From the NCBI GenBank assembly GCA_040954595.2, contig CM082590.2:5270001-5334000 (forward strand): a DNA stretch of 64,000 nt. Reading direction: 5' to 3'. This document shows, one piece after another, positions 41,601-53,600 of the stretch. A program made the position numbers and the translations under genes. The notes under the pieces were generated by a model, which saw only the letters and a program-made list of their open reading frames with translations, did no database searches and was not told the DNA's origin. Numbering within the stretch: position 1 is the first letter of the stretch; each line of letters starts with the position of its first letter. This DNA comes from Balanoglossus misakiensis. Its lineage: Eukaryota > Animalia > Hemichordata.

Positions 41601-44600
41601 TAGAATTAGTGTCATTACAGTAACTTACATTATCCTGCACATCGATGCTGGCATTGGATTGCAGTAGATGTTTCACCATGTCAGCATGGCCATCCTTTGC
41701 TGCCTTGTGTAACGGTGCCGAACCATACTGTGGGAATACAACAAATATGTGTCACTGAAAATTCCTGACTATAAGCCTAAAATGGAATATGCAATGTTTC
41801 ATTAAGCATGCACTGTTACACACATTCTGAAACATTCATTTGTGAGATGGCACATGTTTTGCCGACACTTTTTTTTTTCCTTTTTTTTGGGGGGGGGGGG
41901 ATAAATTAATAGTGGGATACATCCCAGTCCCCCACGTAATGGACATGAATGCATGATGTGGTGATAGGGCAGTGTCCTTTGAGGGTACATTAACATCAAA
42001 GGTATTCTTTTACTTGAGATTTATGATACTAGCGTCTGTTGTTTTCATTTGAAGATGCCCTCTGTACAATACCTGAAACTGACTGACCTAAATATCATAA
42101 AAGCCTAGACAGCAGTTTCATTACCCCTTAAAAGAGCATTGGAATTAGCCAATCAAAGAACGCCAATTATGAATGAAAGGTAAGAAATACGTTGAACCAC
42201 TATTGACATTCAACTAATTATGGTGGACTTCAGCCAGACAACTTTTTTAGTCTCGCCAGCCAGACCTCTCTCTCTCTGTCATTCGACGGCATAGCCACAC
42301 GAAGTGCCCCACGAGCAGTGAAGCCACAAGAATCGAGCATCGGAGACAATGTCGCAACTTGAGGCGCCCTTCGTGTGCCTGTGCGCGGCGTCGAAGGATC
42401 GAGGTCTGGCCAGCGAGTAGTCTCGGTTACCCAGAGCCCTCTGCTTCTTCCAGTGGGCACTCCAGAAAGAGGGTCTGGGGAAATACCATTGACAAATTGC
42501 AGGGAAAAGATGGCCGCCTTGAGACAAAAAGCGATGCAGAAGCGGTCCAGAAATATCATGCAAGGGGTGGAGGGAACAGCGTTCAGCCGTCTCGATGGAC
42601 TCTTGCACACTCAAATGACGGATGCAATGCACTGAGTGTGTAATGTGTTGAAAACTGCATCTGCTGGCTCTGAACCTTTAGCGCAACCGAAGTAATCTAA
42701 GTAATTAATGCATCGGTACACACAAACATACGACACAACCCAACACAGAACTCAGCACTCGGCATGAACTGAAAGCAGCAAATGCTTCAACGAAGCCAGA
42801 GTTATTTTTGACTGAGAAGGAAACATGAGGGGAAAGAAGCGAGTGCGGTTCATCAGTTATTGTGCCGTAAAATTAACCCAGCGCCAGGCTTTGAGTCTAT
42901 TGACACCATTTTGGTGTGACCATGAAGTAACATCAAAGTCATTGTTGTGATATATCTGGGATATATTCAAGGAGAGCACAAGAGGACACAGCAGACAGTT
43001 GTTCATTCAACTTCAGGGAGCCCTGTAGTACAGTTTATTACTACGCATGCACACACTACGTCATCATGAATACATGCATATATTACACTGCCTTCCCTTT
43101 AAAAGAAATTGGGTGGCTTGACAAACTTCAACAAATGTCAACTTGTAAACACAACATCTTTGTTAACAACAAAACTACTGAAATTACAAATTCAGTTTCA
43201 CAACAGGTTTTCTGACTCTGTCTGATCTCCTTACAGGTTCTGCAATATTTCCAGGTTTCACTTGTGTATTCTGACTTTGTGTAGCTTGGCCAGAATCACT
43301 AGCAACTTTCACATCAGTATTTTCCACTGGTTGTGGTTTACAAGAATTCTGAACAGGAATTGTACTGAACATTTCAGTTACTGGTCTTTCACAGATATCA
43401 AGATTAGTCAAAACTGAATCATTGAACTCAGTCATAGGCAACTCAGTTTGAAACTCTTCCATGGTTTTCAACATATGATCAGCATGAACTAGTTTAGTCA
43501 TGGATCCTATTTTCACAATGTAATTTCGAGGTCCTTTGACTTCAATGATCGACCCCAATAACCATTTGTCATGTTTGGACTGTGGTCGAGGATTTTTCAC
43601 TCTAACCACATCACCTATTTCAAAGTATCGCTCTTGTTTTCTAGAACGATCAAATTGCTCTTTATGTGCTTCCTGTTTCTTTTCAACCCTTTTAGCCAAA
43701 CAAGGTTTTATCAAACTCAATCTGGTACGAAGCTGTCTTTTACACATCAATTCAGCTGGACTAACACCTGTTGTGCTATGAGGTGTGGTTCTATACCTCA
43801 ATAGAAAATTAGCTATTCTACGTTTCAAAGACATAGATGATCCACCAGCTAAAACTTGCTTAGTGAAACTTTCTTTCACAAGTTTAACTGCTCTTTCAGC
43901 AGCACCATTAGACGCAGGATGATATGGAGCTACTTTAGTAATGAATACCATTTCTTTTCATGAATATGTCAAATTCAGCAGACGTGAATTGTAGGCCATT
44001 ATCTGAAACTAACTGTTCAGGAAGACCGTGTTCAGCAAATATGAGCCTTAACTCATCAATTGTACACTCTGCTGTTATGCTTTTCATTGGCTTCACATCA
44101 ACCCATTTAAAATGACAATCAACAAGAATAAGATAATATGATGTCTTATCTTCACAAAAATCAATATGCACCCTCTGAAAAGGTCTCATTGGCCAAACCC
44201 ATGGATGTAATGGTAATTATATTATATCATGCTACCGTCCGTGATTCTGATTGGACGAGAGCTGAATCCAGCGATGGTAAAATACTGTTTTACCATGGCT
44301 AGCAGTGGTAAAACGGGCCCCTGAACTAGCATTCGGCAGCAAAAATGTGCGGTTAAACCACAGTCGCGCGTGTTTAAACCAAATAAATAAAACAAAAATA
44401 CTGTTGAATTAACGGACGTTTTATTTTGGAACTGCTCTGTGGATATATTTGTCGCCTTGCCACGCGCGATGCCCGTCTTGTCACTTTTTGTCGTCTGCTG
44501 CATGTTTAATGCTCGATCCCGGCCGCGCATGTTTACATTCGTCGTCGCCATTTTGGTTCACGATCGTAATTTCTCTTTCTGACGCCGTTTCAGTAAGAAA

Positions 44601-47600
44601 ATGACACTGATATGCCACAAAAACAGTTGTTGATATAATATAATAGCAATAACCCCCGCCTCAGTCGGGTATACACTCGATTTGGGTACAATTCGCTCCA
44701 TATAGCACTCGCCTGACGGCTCGTGCTATATGTCTCGAATTGTACCCAAATCTCGTGTATACCCGCCTGCGGCGGGGGTTATTGCTTAATTTACTGGGTG
44801 TTGGTCTTGCTCTCTGACATACTGAACAAGCTTTGACCTTGGATTCAATATCAGAATCAATTCCTGGCCACCACACATGACTGCGTGCCAGTGCTTTCAT
44901 TGCACATATTCCTGGATGTTCCCAATGAAGTTCATCCAGCAATTTCTCTCGAAATTTCCTTGGTATGACAACCCTGAGACCCCAGAGAATACATCCTCGT
45001 TCTAGAGATAATTGATCTCTTTTGTGATAATACGGTTTCAATGCATCAGGCATGTCTGTACAATTCTTTGGCCAACCATTCAAAACATAATCATACACTT
45101 TACAGAGAATTGGATTGACCCTGGTTTCTCTAGCAATATCATCGGCTAGAACTGGAAAACTCTCATCAAGTATACCCACAGCAAATACTTTGGAATCAGC
45201 ATCAGTATTGTGCTTACTTGGATTTGGTAATCTTGACAACGCATCACAGTTAGCGTGTGCCGTTGTGTTACGATACTCAATATCATAGTCATATGCCTGC
45301 AGAATTAATGCCCAACGTTGCATTCTTGCAGCTGCTATGGTAGGGACACCCGCTTTTGGACCCAAAATAGCCAGCAGTGTGATCTGTTACAAGAGTGAAT
45401 TTTCTCCCATACAGAAAATCATGAAACTTCTTAACTCCAAATATCAATGATAATGCTTCTCTTTCAATTTGAGCATAGTTACGCTCGCTTGGGCTGAGCG
45501 TTCTAGAGGAATACGCTATTGGTCTCTCATCACCATTTTCGAACACATGTGAGAGAACTGCTCCAACGCCATAACTTGAAGCGTCACAATCAAGCTTCAA
45601 TTTCTTACTCTGATCATAGTGTACCAACAAGGTCTCACTAGTCAAGTTTGCTTTACATGTCTCATATGCTTTTTGACATTTATCGCTTCATTTCCAAACA
45701 ACACCTTTCTTTAACAACTCATGTAGAGGCTGCAATGTGGTAGCTAAATTCGGTAAAAACTGATGGTAGTACTGTACCATACCCAAAAATGAACGCAATT
45801 GTGATACATTATTTGGTACTGGAGCCTGTTTTATGGTTTGTACAGAGGATTCCACAGGTTTCAATCCTCCACCAAATACACAGTGCTAGACTTTGCAAAT
45901 TCACACTTTGACAAATTTACGTGCAAATTATTATCACTCAATCTTTTGAGAACTTGTTCCAAAATATCAAGATTCTCATGAACATTGTCACCCCCAATAA
46001 GGATGTCATCTTGTTTCCAAACACATTTCTGAACACCTTGAAGGATACAATCCATCTTAGTCTGAAATATTTTTGGCGCAGACTTCACACCATATGGTAA
46101 CTTTGTGTACGAGTACAGACCTTTATGAGTATTAATGGTCAAATACTTTCTACTTTCGTCATCAACTGACAATTGAGCATAAGCATGTGTCAAATCCAAA
46201 CGTGTGAATACTTTTGACCCCGACAGTTGAACATACAAATCTTGTGTAGTCGGTAAAGTACACTGCTCATCCTCAACTACTGGATTAATACTTACTTTAT
46301 AGTCACCACAAATTCTGACTGTTTTATCAGCTTTGGGCACCACTAGTATACGATTGGACTTGCCCACTCACACTGATCAACTTTAACTATTACCCCATTT
46401 TTTTTCCAGTTTTGCCAATTCTGTTTTGACTGCTCCACGAAGCGCATATGGAACTCGTCTTGGCTTGTGAAATACATGTTTTGCACCCTCTTTGACACGA
46501 ATATGAGCTTTGTGCCCACGCATACCATCATAGCTATCAGTAAATATGTTACTGTGCTTACGAAGAATCAAATCAAGCCTGTCTTTTGTTTTGGCAGTCA
46601 AACAATCACCAGCTTTTCCTTTACTGATTGTTTGGGCAGTACACAGAAATATCTTACACCAATTTAATTTCAATTTCTGCAACCAATTTCTACCAAGCAG
46701 GGTTGGTTTACCTGGGTGGTCCACTACTATCAATGGCAAATCGACACACTGACCATCATAACATACTGTGACCAAAATTTCACCACAGACCGAAATTGGA
46801 TCTCCAGTATAGCTTTTCAGTCTTACCGAAGATTTCCTCAAGGGACTTTGACTGAATTTCTTGTTATACTCTGTTTTAGACATGATACTGTAGTCAGCTG
46901 CTGTGTCTACGTGCATTGACACGGACTTACCATTCAAATCTAGGCTTACAAAATAGCCAGATTTTTCTCCACTTACATTCATATTGATGGAGGATACAAC
47001 ATTATACACACATGAATCAGAGTCATCACTGTCTTCAACTGTTTCAGTGACTGACTTTACAGATTTAACCATAGGCCTTTTGTCACTTCTGACATTTCCC
47101 TTGGCCTTCACTTTACCTCTAGTTTTACAAAACTTTGCAAAGTGACATTGTTTTGAACACTTTTGACATACTACATTTTTATGTGGACACTCTTTCGCAA
47201 AATGATTGTTTCCACATCTGAAACACTGTACAGTTTTAGAATGTTCACGTTTTACAACACTGTTTATAACAGTACTTTTACCGTGAAGACCTGTAGTAGT
47301 TTATTACTACGCATGCGCACACTACGTCATCATGAATACATGCATATATTACAATTGTGAAATTTTAACAAATATTGCATAATGAGGCAATCCTTAGAAT
47401 AACGCTGTCCGACCATTGAAAACCGATTCCACAGCTTCAGTAGTATCAAATAATGCATCATCTAAAGGTTCCTGTTCTCAAGACGTTGAAATTTGCTTTA
47501 GACACAATTTTGGATTCACTTTCCGGTTCAAGAAAGTAAATGTTATCAATTTTAGCTCTATAAACCGTCATTAGATTAATGGAATAATATTAAATATGCC

Positions 47601-50600
47601 CCACCGACAAATACTTGGAGCATTTTACAAATTTCTCTTGTCAAAAGCCACCGATCTTATCGATTTATGAAAACAAACCACGGTAATAAAATGACCATTC
47701 CCCACTGGTGTACACATGGTTTGGAGGATGTTTAAAGCTATGTTGTCTACAACTTCACCGCCATTGAATGAAAACAAAACAAGAATCAATGTTATCAAAT
47801 TTAACTCTGACACCGTGATTAGGTCAATAGAAAAATATTAAATAGGCCCGACCGACAAATATTTGGAGCATTTCACAAATTTCTTTTAAAGTGTCAAAAG
47901 TTACCGAATTACCCATTTATGAAAACAAAACACGGTAATCAAAATGACAAAACCCTGCTGGTATATACTGTGCCCGTGGTTTGGATGTTTAAAGCTATAT
48001 TGTCTCCAACTTAAACGCTATTGAATAGATACAAAACAAAAATCATTTCCACACAGTCAGCCAGTATGTTGTGGAGTCAGAATAATCTTATGTACTTTCA
48101 CGGCCAATGACCATCCACCTGATGTACCCGACAATATCAATGGAAAACGGGGTGATAAACGTTGGAATTTCGCGAATGTACGTGAATATTTCCAGAAAGA
48201 GACAGAAATCTTGCCTACGTGCGAAACTTAAAAGGTAAGAGTCAGTTATGTCCACAATGCAAATTAAAAAGTCGCCCCGGACCGCCATATTTCAAGCAAA
48301 TTTCGGGCGAAATCCTCAACATATCAAATCCCTCGTCAGAAGAGAGAAAAGGGGATTGACCTTAATACTACAGCTAAGGACCACACTACCCAGACAGTTC
48401 CACTGCGGTCACAGTTTCCACTAAATGACAGGAAATCACCAAACGAAATTAGTAATGTTTCCACTCTCCGCAGAAATTCTCGGCCAGCGACTGTATAGAC
48501 AGGAGAATAAAGCAAACGTGACGGGTAGCCCCACGCTTCACTGTGTAAACCGCGCCAGGGATCTACCTCACCGTTAACAGAAAGTGCTCGCGATTCAAAC
48601 TCATCACAACAATGAACCACTGCTGCTTCACCCTAAACTTACGCGATTGTCAAATATTACTTCCTCGTCAATATCGTCAAAATCAAAACACATCGTTTTG
48701 TTATCAGACATTTTTGGCATATTTTTCAAAATAACTTCAACGGGTGCAGGTGGGAAGAATGCAAATTGAACATACGATCCGACCCCAATAAATTGTTTTT
48801 TTCTAATCATCAAACGTTTATGCGCCACACACACTACACACGAACATACTTATACACACAATACCTTTAAATGAAAACTTGTCCCCGAAGTAAAGCCACA
48901 AAAAAACTCAATCTATAACGCTAACATCACCTTGTGCACTGAGGTTGGTTCTAACTTACCTCGTTTTGTATGTTGACAGAGCATTTGGCTTTCAGTAATA
49001 ACAGTGCTGCTCCTTCCCGACCCCACCATGCTGCCTGATGTATAGGTGTGTCACCACTCTGTAAAATACAAAAACATATCAGACATCAACACTGCAGTAC
49101 TACTTACTGAATGTGGTATTTTTATGAATCGTAATAAGCAATACGGTTCTTTTTCGGCTCAATTTGAATATTTGCATAATTATGCACATTAAATAAAAAC
49201 ACTGTTGGTTTTGTCATTTTATTATTAGAATACCTTTCTTATCACTAGTCATAAACTTTACAAGGGGACACCATGACAGTTGTGATGATCAATGGCTTAT
49301 GCGTACAACAACCTTTACATCAGAAAAGCAATATTTTTTCGGATTGGTCGTTGAGAATGTTGCTACATAAATTCGCCTTATGTGTAAATGCCGGATATTT
49401 CACCACTATTGGGAAAAGTGTCCTGTGGCTTAATCAATCTATAATAGTATTGGACCGTAAGATAAATCTTGGGATTTTAGCCTTCCCGAACGAAAGTTTC
49501 TTTTGATGTGGTCATTTCTAATGTCAAAGTCGAATATCTCAGTATCCTTTTATGAAAATATTTCAGTGCCTATGATGGCACATTTCAATCGATCGGTCGT
49601 TGATGGGGTGTTTTTACAGGACCTTGAAGGATTTAGCCTGGAGCTGGGCATGTCGATTCAACCCTTCTCTTTATTGTATAGAGGAGTGATGCTGGGCAAC
49701 CATACGACGTTGGGCGATCTCTTTTACCGTTATTTACAACATCGACAAACAACAGCAAGAAATGATTCATTGTGTTTTAACAATAATTTTTATCATCATC
49801 ATCATCATCATCATAATCATCATCATCATTTCAACAACAACAACAACAACAACAATAACAACAACAACAACAACAAACAAACAATCACTGTCCACTGTAA
49901 GTTTACAGCGATGCATGTACAGATATGACATGACTGCGATCGCCATGCAACCACAGGTAACTATTACGCGAGTGGCACTGTGTGCACACTCAAATCTCTC
50001 TATTTTGAGATAATCCGAACTGATATTTGGTGTCAATTCAAATACTCGAAATCGAACATTATAAGAGTTTGTTAAACGAAGTGAAATGTGAGATAGACTT
50101 CAAGAGTACCACTGCTTTAACCCACCGACTGTACTGCTCAGATCCGTCTGCACTGAAAATGATATTCTTATACACAAAACAAACAGATGGAACACACGGT
50201 AGATATTTCTACAAGGAAATGCCTTGTGTTAAATCCTTTCTATACATGTGAAAACTGTTTCATCACGTTTTATGAGCGGAGGGATCTTCACAAATCTAAT
50301 TGTATGCAAACCACGCCTTTGGTTGGAATTTACTTGAGTATTGGAATGTTACAGTCGGGACAATTTTCATGGTTTTCTTGTGTTAAACTTTAAGTTCTCG
50401 TGGGGCTGAGACTGACATAAGACGGCATTACGATAGTGATAGTACGAGCACGAGCATCATTTTGTCAGTAGGACTGCCGCTTATAGTGAGGGCGGCCGCG
50501 GCGTAACCAACATTTTCATATCAAGTGGCTCAGATGGGTGTTTATGTGTAATAGACAAATTCCCATAGAGAGCCACTAAATATCTGTTAACGTTAAAGGG

Positions 50601-53600
50601 TGGCCATGGCAACTATTTTAAAACTAGTTTAATTATACAGTAGTAAATAGCGTTAGCGTTACGTCCAAAAGAAGTCGACCACTTCCCCATTGTTAGCTTG
50701 CGTTACACGGCCTCCACCGGTCGCCTACCGCCGGGAACTCACAGACCTGAACGCAGGGCTAGGAACACACATTCATGTACGCACAGAAACATACGACACA
50801 ACCTAACACAGAACTCAGCTATCGGCATGAACTGAAATAGGCACACGCTCCAGCAAAGCCTGAGTTATGACCGCATGTACATGTAGACTCATACACGGCC
50901 GCCAAGCAGAAAAGTCGTTTCGGGATTTTGACAAATAACATCGGAGGAGGCAAGTGACAGGCAATCATCAGGAAACAGATTATGTCTCATCACAGTCCTT
51001 CGGGGACGGTGTGATTTCAATATTACCTACACGTGGTGGGAAAGTATTTAATATAAAATTTAATATATTTAATATAACGAACGGTGACAGCAATACGTGG
51101 CAAGCCAAGTTCTGACAGGAACATTGCGATATTATTGGTGAACTTGTAGGGCTTCCTAGCAGCCAGCAATGCGCGGAATTAGCATATCCTCCGGCGGAAC
51201 AGCTGCATTTCCACACCTACTGAACCCAACTCTGTAAAGGTTGGATTTTCAGAAATTTGCACTTACTTTCATTCCATTCTTCGTACAACGGAAGATGTGG
51301 AACATGTTTTGCTTTACAAAAATCTACGTTTTTCATTAACTCCCCCCTTAATTTGCATAATACGCTCTTTTCGGTAAAAACAAACTGTACCAGGAAACGC
51401 CTACACTAGATGATTTCATGTCTTCGTACAAACACAGAGAAATAAACTGTCAGGTTTAATCCCCCTGAAATTGTTCCTTGCCTTTATACATAATTTTTCC
51501 AGACATCGACCGACCGCGTTATGGCAAGTGTCCACGGCTGTTTAGCCAACATCGAGAAACTTAGATTTAGGCTTATATTGAGCATTTGTGAACAGATAAA
51601 CAGTTAGGCGTAGGTCACACTATACATGTATAGGGCTCAGTCGATATACTCGTGTCAACAATGGCGCGATTCAAGCGCCTGTACCACCTGTTGCAGTCAT
51701 CACCTCAACAAGCTGACTGACTAAATACTTGGAATCGGACAACAGTGTGATAAGGTTTATCAGCGGAATCTAACCGACGTGCCAAGCTCAATGCAATGCA
51801 GGGCCGGGTTAACGCAGATTTGAGTCTTAGCAAGGCTGGCTTCTCTAGCTTGAGTGGTCGTCGCGTCGAGCGCTCTGCATGGATGATACACGTCCTCCCA
51901 TACCAGCGCAATCCCCACTGCAGTCGCCTCGACCTACTAGAATTATCAATTGCCGTCATGCCCAGTCTACGCTACAGTGGGCTGCTTTCTTCATTCAAAA
52001 AAATAATTCTAAAAATAGAATTTCAGGGTTTTATGGGCAATTTTTTTCCAACAAACAATGCACACAAGCGCAGCGCGATGAGAGATTCCGTTTTATAACC
52101 AGTTTATTTATTATAATGTGGTGTGGCAGGCAATATAATTATTGGTCAGAACTGGAATAGAGGATTTCTTTCATGCTTTTATCATTAGAAGGGGCTCTCA
52201 TTTATTTTACCTATATTACAATACACATTTATATTTACAATAATATAAATCTGCTGATCTTGATCTCACATTCATCACAATAAACAACACTCTTTGCTCA
52301 TTCAATAAAAAAAAAACATTACTTCTTGCTCTGAATGATTGATTTCTTTTTTTTAAATCATGATGGAACAATCCATAATTAACGAGACAGGCTGTCGTTT
52401 TTAAAATAGGTTGTTAAGTCTGGGTCGTTGGGAATAAGGCAGAGGAATAGTCGTTAACTATTTATTTTCATTTACCTATGTTCAAAAATGTGTGATATTG
52501 ATAACAAAACGTGACAACTGATGTGTGCGTGTAGACTAGAATTAGTGTGATTACAGTAACTTACTTTATCCTGCACATCAATGCTGGCATTGGATTGCAG
52601 TAGAAGTCTCACCACGTCACCATGGCCATACCTTGCTGCATGGTGTAACGGTGCCCGACCACCCTGTGGGAATACAACAAAATGGTGTCGCTGAAAATCC
52701 CTGACTATAAGTGTATAATGGAACACGCAATGTTTCATTAAGCATGCACTGTTACACACATTCTGAAACGTTCATTTTTGAGATGGCAGAACATGTTTTG
52801 CCGACACTTTTTTTTTGGGGGGGGGAGGGGATAAATTAATAGTAGGATACATCCCAGTCATCCACGTAATGGACATGAATGCATGATGAGGTGATAGGGC
52901 AGTGTACTTTGAGGGTACATTAACATCACAGGTATTCTTATACTTGAGATTTATGATACGCGCGTGTGTTGTTTTCATTTGAAGATATCCTCTGTACAAT
53001 ACCTCAAACTGACGATGATCTAAATATTATAAAAGCCTAGACAGCAGTTTCATTACCCCTTAAAAATGCATTGGAATTAGCCAATCATAGAACGCCAATT
53101 ATGAATGAAAGGTAAGAAATTTGCGGAACCACTATTGACATTCAAATGATTATGGTGGACTTCAGCCAGACAACTTTTTTTGTCTCGCCAGCCAGACCTC
53201 TCTCTTTGTCATTCGACGGCATAGCCACACAAAGTGCGCCACCAGCGGTGAAGCCACAAGAATCGAGCATCGGAGACAGCGTCGCCGCTTGTGGCGCCCT
53301 TCGTGTGCCTGGCCGCGACTTCGACTGAAAGCGAGGTGATGACGGTTTATGAAAGAATCCCACTTTGTAGATTTTCGGTTGAAAAGTCATCCCAAGTTTG
53401 GGGATTATTCCGTTGAAAAGTGACGCTTCTGGGTGGCACATACCCGTACACCTTCCTATGGGAGAACCCCCCGGCCTGTTGTGCAGGGTACATGGCACTC
53501 CTACAATTTACAATTATTTATTTTCGGAGCTTTATTTCGCTTCGTCGTTGTTACTGACAGCTATTACACTACAGTTTGTTTAAATATAAAATAAATGTGT

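Larger units (their letters stand above)
42946..47353 (-). mobile_element. Decayed Ty3/Gypsy LTR retrotransposon in a ROCO intron
   Basis: 3' LTR 42946-43087 (minus strand TGTAATATAT...ATATATCACA) with PPT AAAGGGAAGGCAG. Truncated 5' LTR ~47291-47353. ATTGT TSD at 42941-45 and 47354-58. Domain order zinc knuckles-PR-RT-RH-IN. Confidence 0.92.

Noticed and set aside
49503-50036. Poly-His/Asn, poly-Ile/Thr and poly-Val/Met ORFs
   Set aside because: Translations of the (CAT)n(CAA)n microsatellite within an intron.
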